Source: Camelus ferus | Taxonomy: Eukaryota | Assembly: GCF_009834535.1 (NCBI RefSeq) | Contig: NC_045697.1 | Coordinates: 75,766,001 to 75,830,000, forward strand | DNA length: 64,000 nucleotides | Reading direction: 5' to 3' | Shown: positions 61,901 to 64,000 of the stretch, one piece after another | How the letters are laid out: each line of letters begins with the position of its first letter | How positions within the stretch are numbered: position 1 is the first letter of the stretch | The notes under the pieces: model-generated | Databases searched by the model: none | Told to the model about the DNA's origin: nothing | What the model saw: only the letters and a program-made list of their open reading frames with translations | Position numbers and translations under genes: made by a program

Positions 61901-64000
61901 ATTTCCTGCTTGTGTCTAAGTTCTTTAATATTAATTATATTATATACCAACTATTTTATCACCTTATTTTGAATCAATGTGATATATATTCATTAACACA
62001 GTATTATCCATTATTTATCCTTTCCTTGCTTCCTGTACTAAATGCACAGATAATTCCAGAGATGATGGCAGATATATGTGTTATTAAATTAGGAATTTTA
62101 AAAGAAATTCATTATACAATTCTTGAAGTTATATGTACAAGAATTGGTAACTCAATGATTATCTTGTTCTGACTTTGACAGCTTTGCATCAGCCACTGTG
62201 TTCTCCAGAAACATGATTATACAGAGTAATTACAGTAACTAACATAAGTTTCCTGAGAAATGCAATTTTAGAGGACTTGAAGAATATGAGGAGGAATGAT
62301 ACTTTCAGAGACTTAAGAATGTTGTCTTTGAGTCAGTATAACAAACTGATTATGAGGAGGCACCAGAGAAATGAAAAGATTTACAAGAGAATGATTAAAA
62401 AATCACTTGTGAACAACTAGAAATCAAATCAAAGGCAGCTTAAAGGATGATAATGCTACACTTATTTTAATTCTCATGTTTTAAAAAAAAGGAGTAAGAT
62501 AACTCAATTTATGACTTAAATTTCTGCCAAAACTATCTTTGAAAAATAAATATCATAATGAGTGAAGGAAAATAATATATGACTACCACAGGATTTTAAA
62601 TAGATATGGGGATTTCTGATTCCATATGGTAAACTGAATGGATGTATTACTTCCATTCTCACCTGAATGCCTATTAAAATGACAATAATAATATTTAAAA
62701 TATATAGGCCTAAAGGACCAAAAAACTAGAAGTCACCAGGAGATAGAAAATAGCACCATGTTTTGGAGGATGGGAAGCTGATGGCTTAGGAGAGTAGTGC
62801 AAACTAGACCTAATTTCTTCAGAACGAGGAGGGAAAATCAAGCTGCAAAGTCTCAAGAACTGGCTTTTGCAGAAAGGGAGTGTGAGGCAGAGCTGGAATT
62901 CAGACAATCATTTGAAAGTCCGCACAGAAGGCAGTTAGACCGCAAAGAGCCTGGTGACTTCCTCTTCCAAACCCTCAGACATGAGATTGATTCCTTGTAG
63001 AACATGAATCAAAAAGATTCTGGGCTTAGGGAGAGGAAAGTTTCAGAAAAGCTCAAGGGCAGCTGAGGGGCTGAAAATAAATGGATTAAGTGGAAATTTA
63101 TACATTTATGGGAGAAACATACCTCCATCCTCTACCAGCCCTCTTTCCCCATCCATGTCCTCAAATAACCTGTAGCCAGGGATAAGACTTGAGCATCTTT
63201 CCATGCAGAAACTGAGTAACTTCCAAGACTACTCTGCAGATTCAAATCTATTGTCAGGCATGCAAAGTCGCAAACAAACATGAAAGTCATAAAATAAGGC
63301 TAGAAAACGACCATTCAAGATTGGGGTGGGAGAGCAAAAGTTTCTGGAACTAAATTACAAATGGAACTCATTATCTGACAAACTTATTTAGAAGACTATC
63401 AAATGAATAATTGACAAAACTACTGACTCCAGGGAAAAGAAAGGAAGCATAATCATGGTACACTACTAGATTCAGTACTGAAATATGTGTAGACAGTCGA
63501 TGTAATAAATGTAAATACATAATGAAATTTAGCCAAATCTGTGATTTAATTATATTGGGAGGTTGGAGGGGAAGGAAGTAGGGTGATCGTACAAGGGAGC
63601 TAAATCCTCGTTTGCCAATGTGAAAAGTCAATATATCATGCATAAAATAGATATAATAAGATATACCAGTATAAATATATAATTCTCATCTATAAGGATA
63701 AATACCAGAAGACAAAGAGAAAGGGTTAGAAATTGGCAGGGGTGGGGGGCAGGGCATAGACGGAGCACAGGGAGTGGTGGATCATTTTTTAAAATTCTGT
63801 CTGTTATATTCCATTATTTTCATTATATTAGTGAAAAGTAGTGGTACTTGAGCTATATTCTGTGTTTATGAACAGTTTTAACCTATGATTACATTTGATA
63901 AACAAACAAAAACCATGTATTGTTTTAATATTATTTGGAAACTGAAATGTAGCAAACTTTGTAACTAAAAACAATTTAAAGCAACGACACAAAATGCTGT

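Overview
Mammalian, almost certainly camelid, genomic DNA: five copies of the tRNA-derived Vic-1-type SINE plus cetartiodactyl-type L1 3' ends. The left 35 kb holds the 5' half of PAPSS1 (bifunctional PAPS synthase 1) on the minus strand. Coding exons 1-5 are 34864-34923, 22972-23086, 17828-18063, 11623-11761 and 7246-7364; all splice sites are GT-AG and the frame is intact. They encode the N-terminal KKVK NLS and the APS-kinase domain. Exon 6 onward (ATP sulfurylase) is not in the window. A TATA-less CpG-island promoter spans about 34530-35480. The right 28 kb is upstream intergenic DNA dominated by L1, L2, MIR, LTR and DNA-transposon remnants. I see no convincing new gene or system. The best leads are hypotheses: (1) a sense-oriented ERV LTR just upstream of the promoter, followed by a strong donor, could give an alternative first exon that skips the NLS; (2) a same-family LTR lies inverted in intron 2; (3) exons 2-5 form a 609-nt phase-0 cassette that would be a stop-free circle; (4) plus-strand donors suggest a divergent transcript. 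Repeat family names and boundaries are by eye and approximate.
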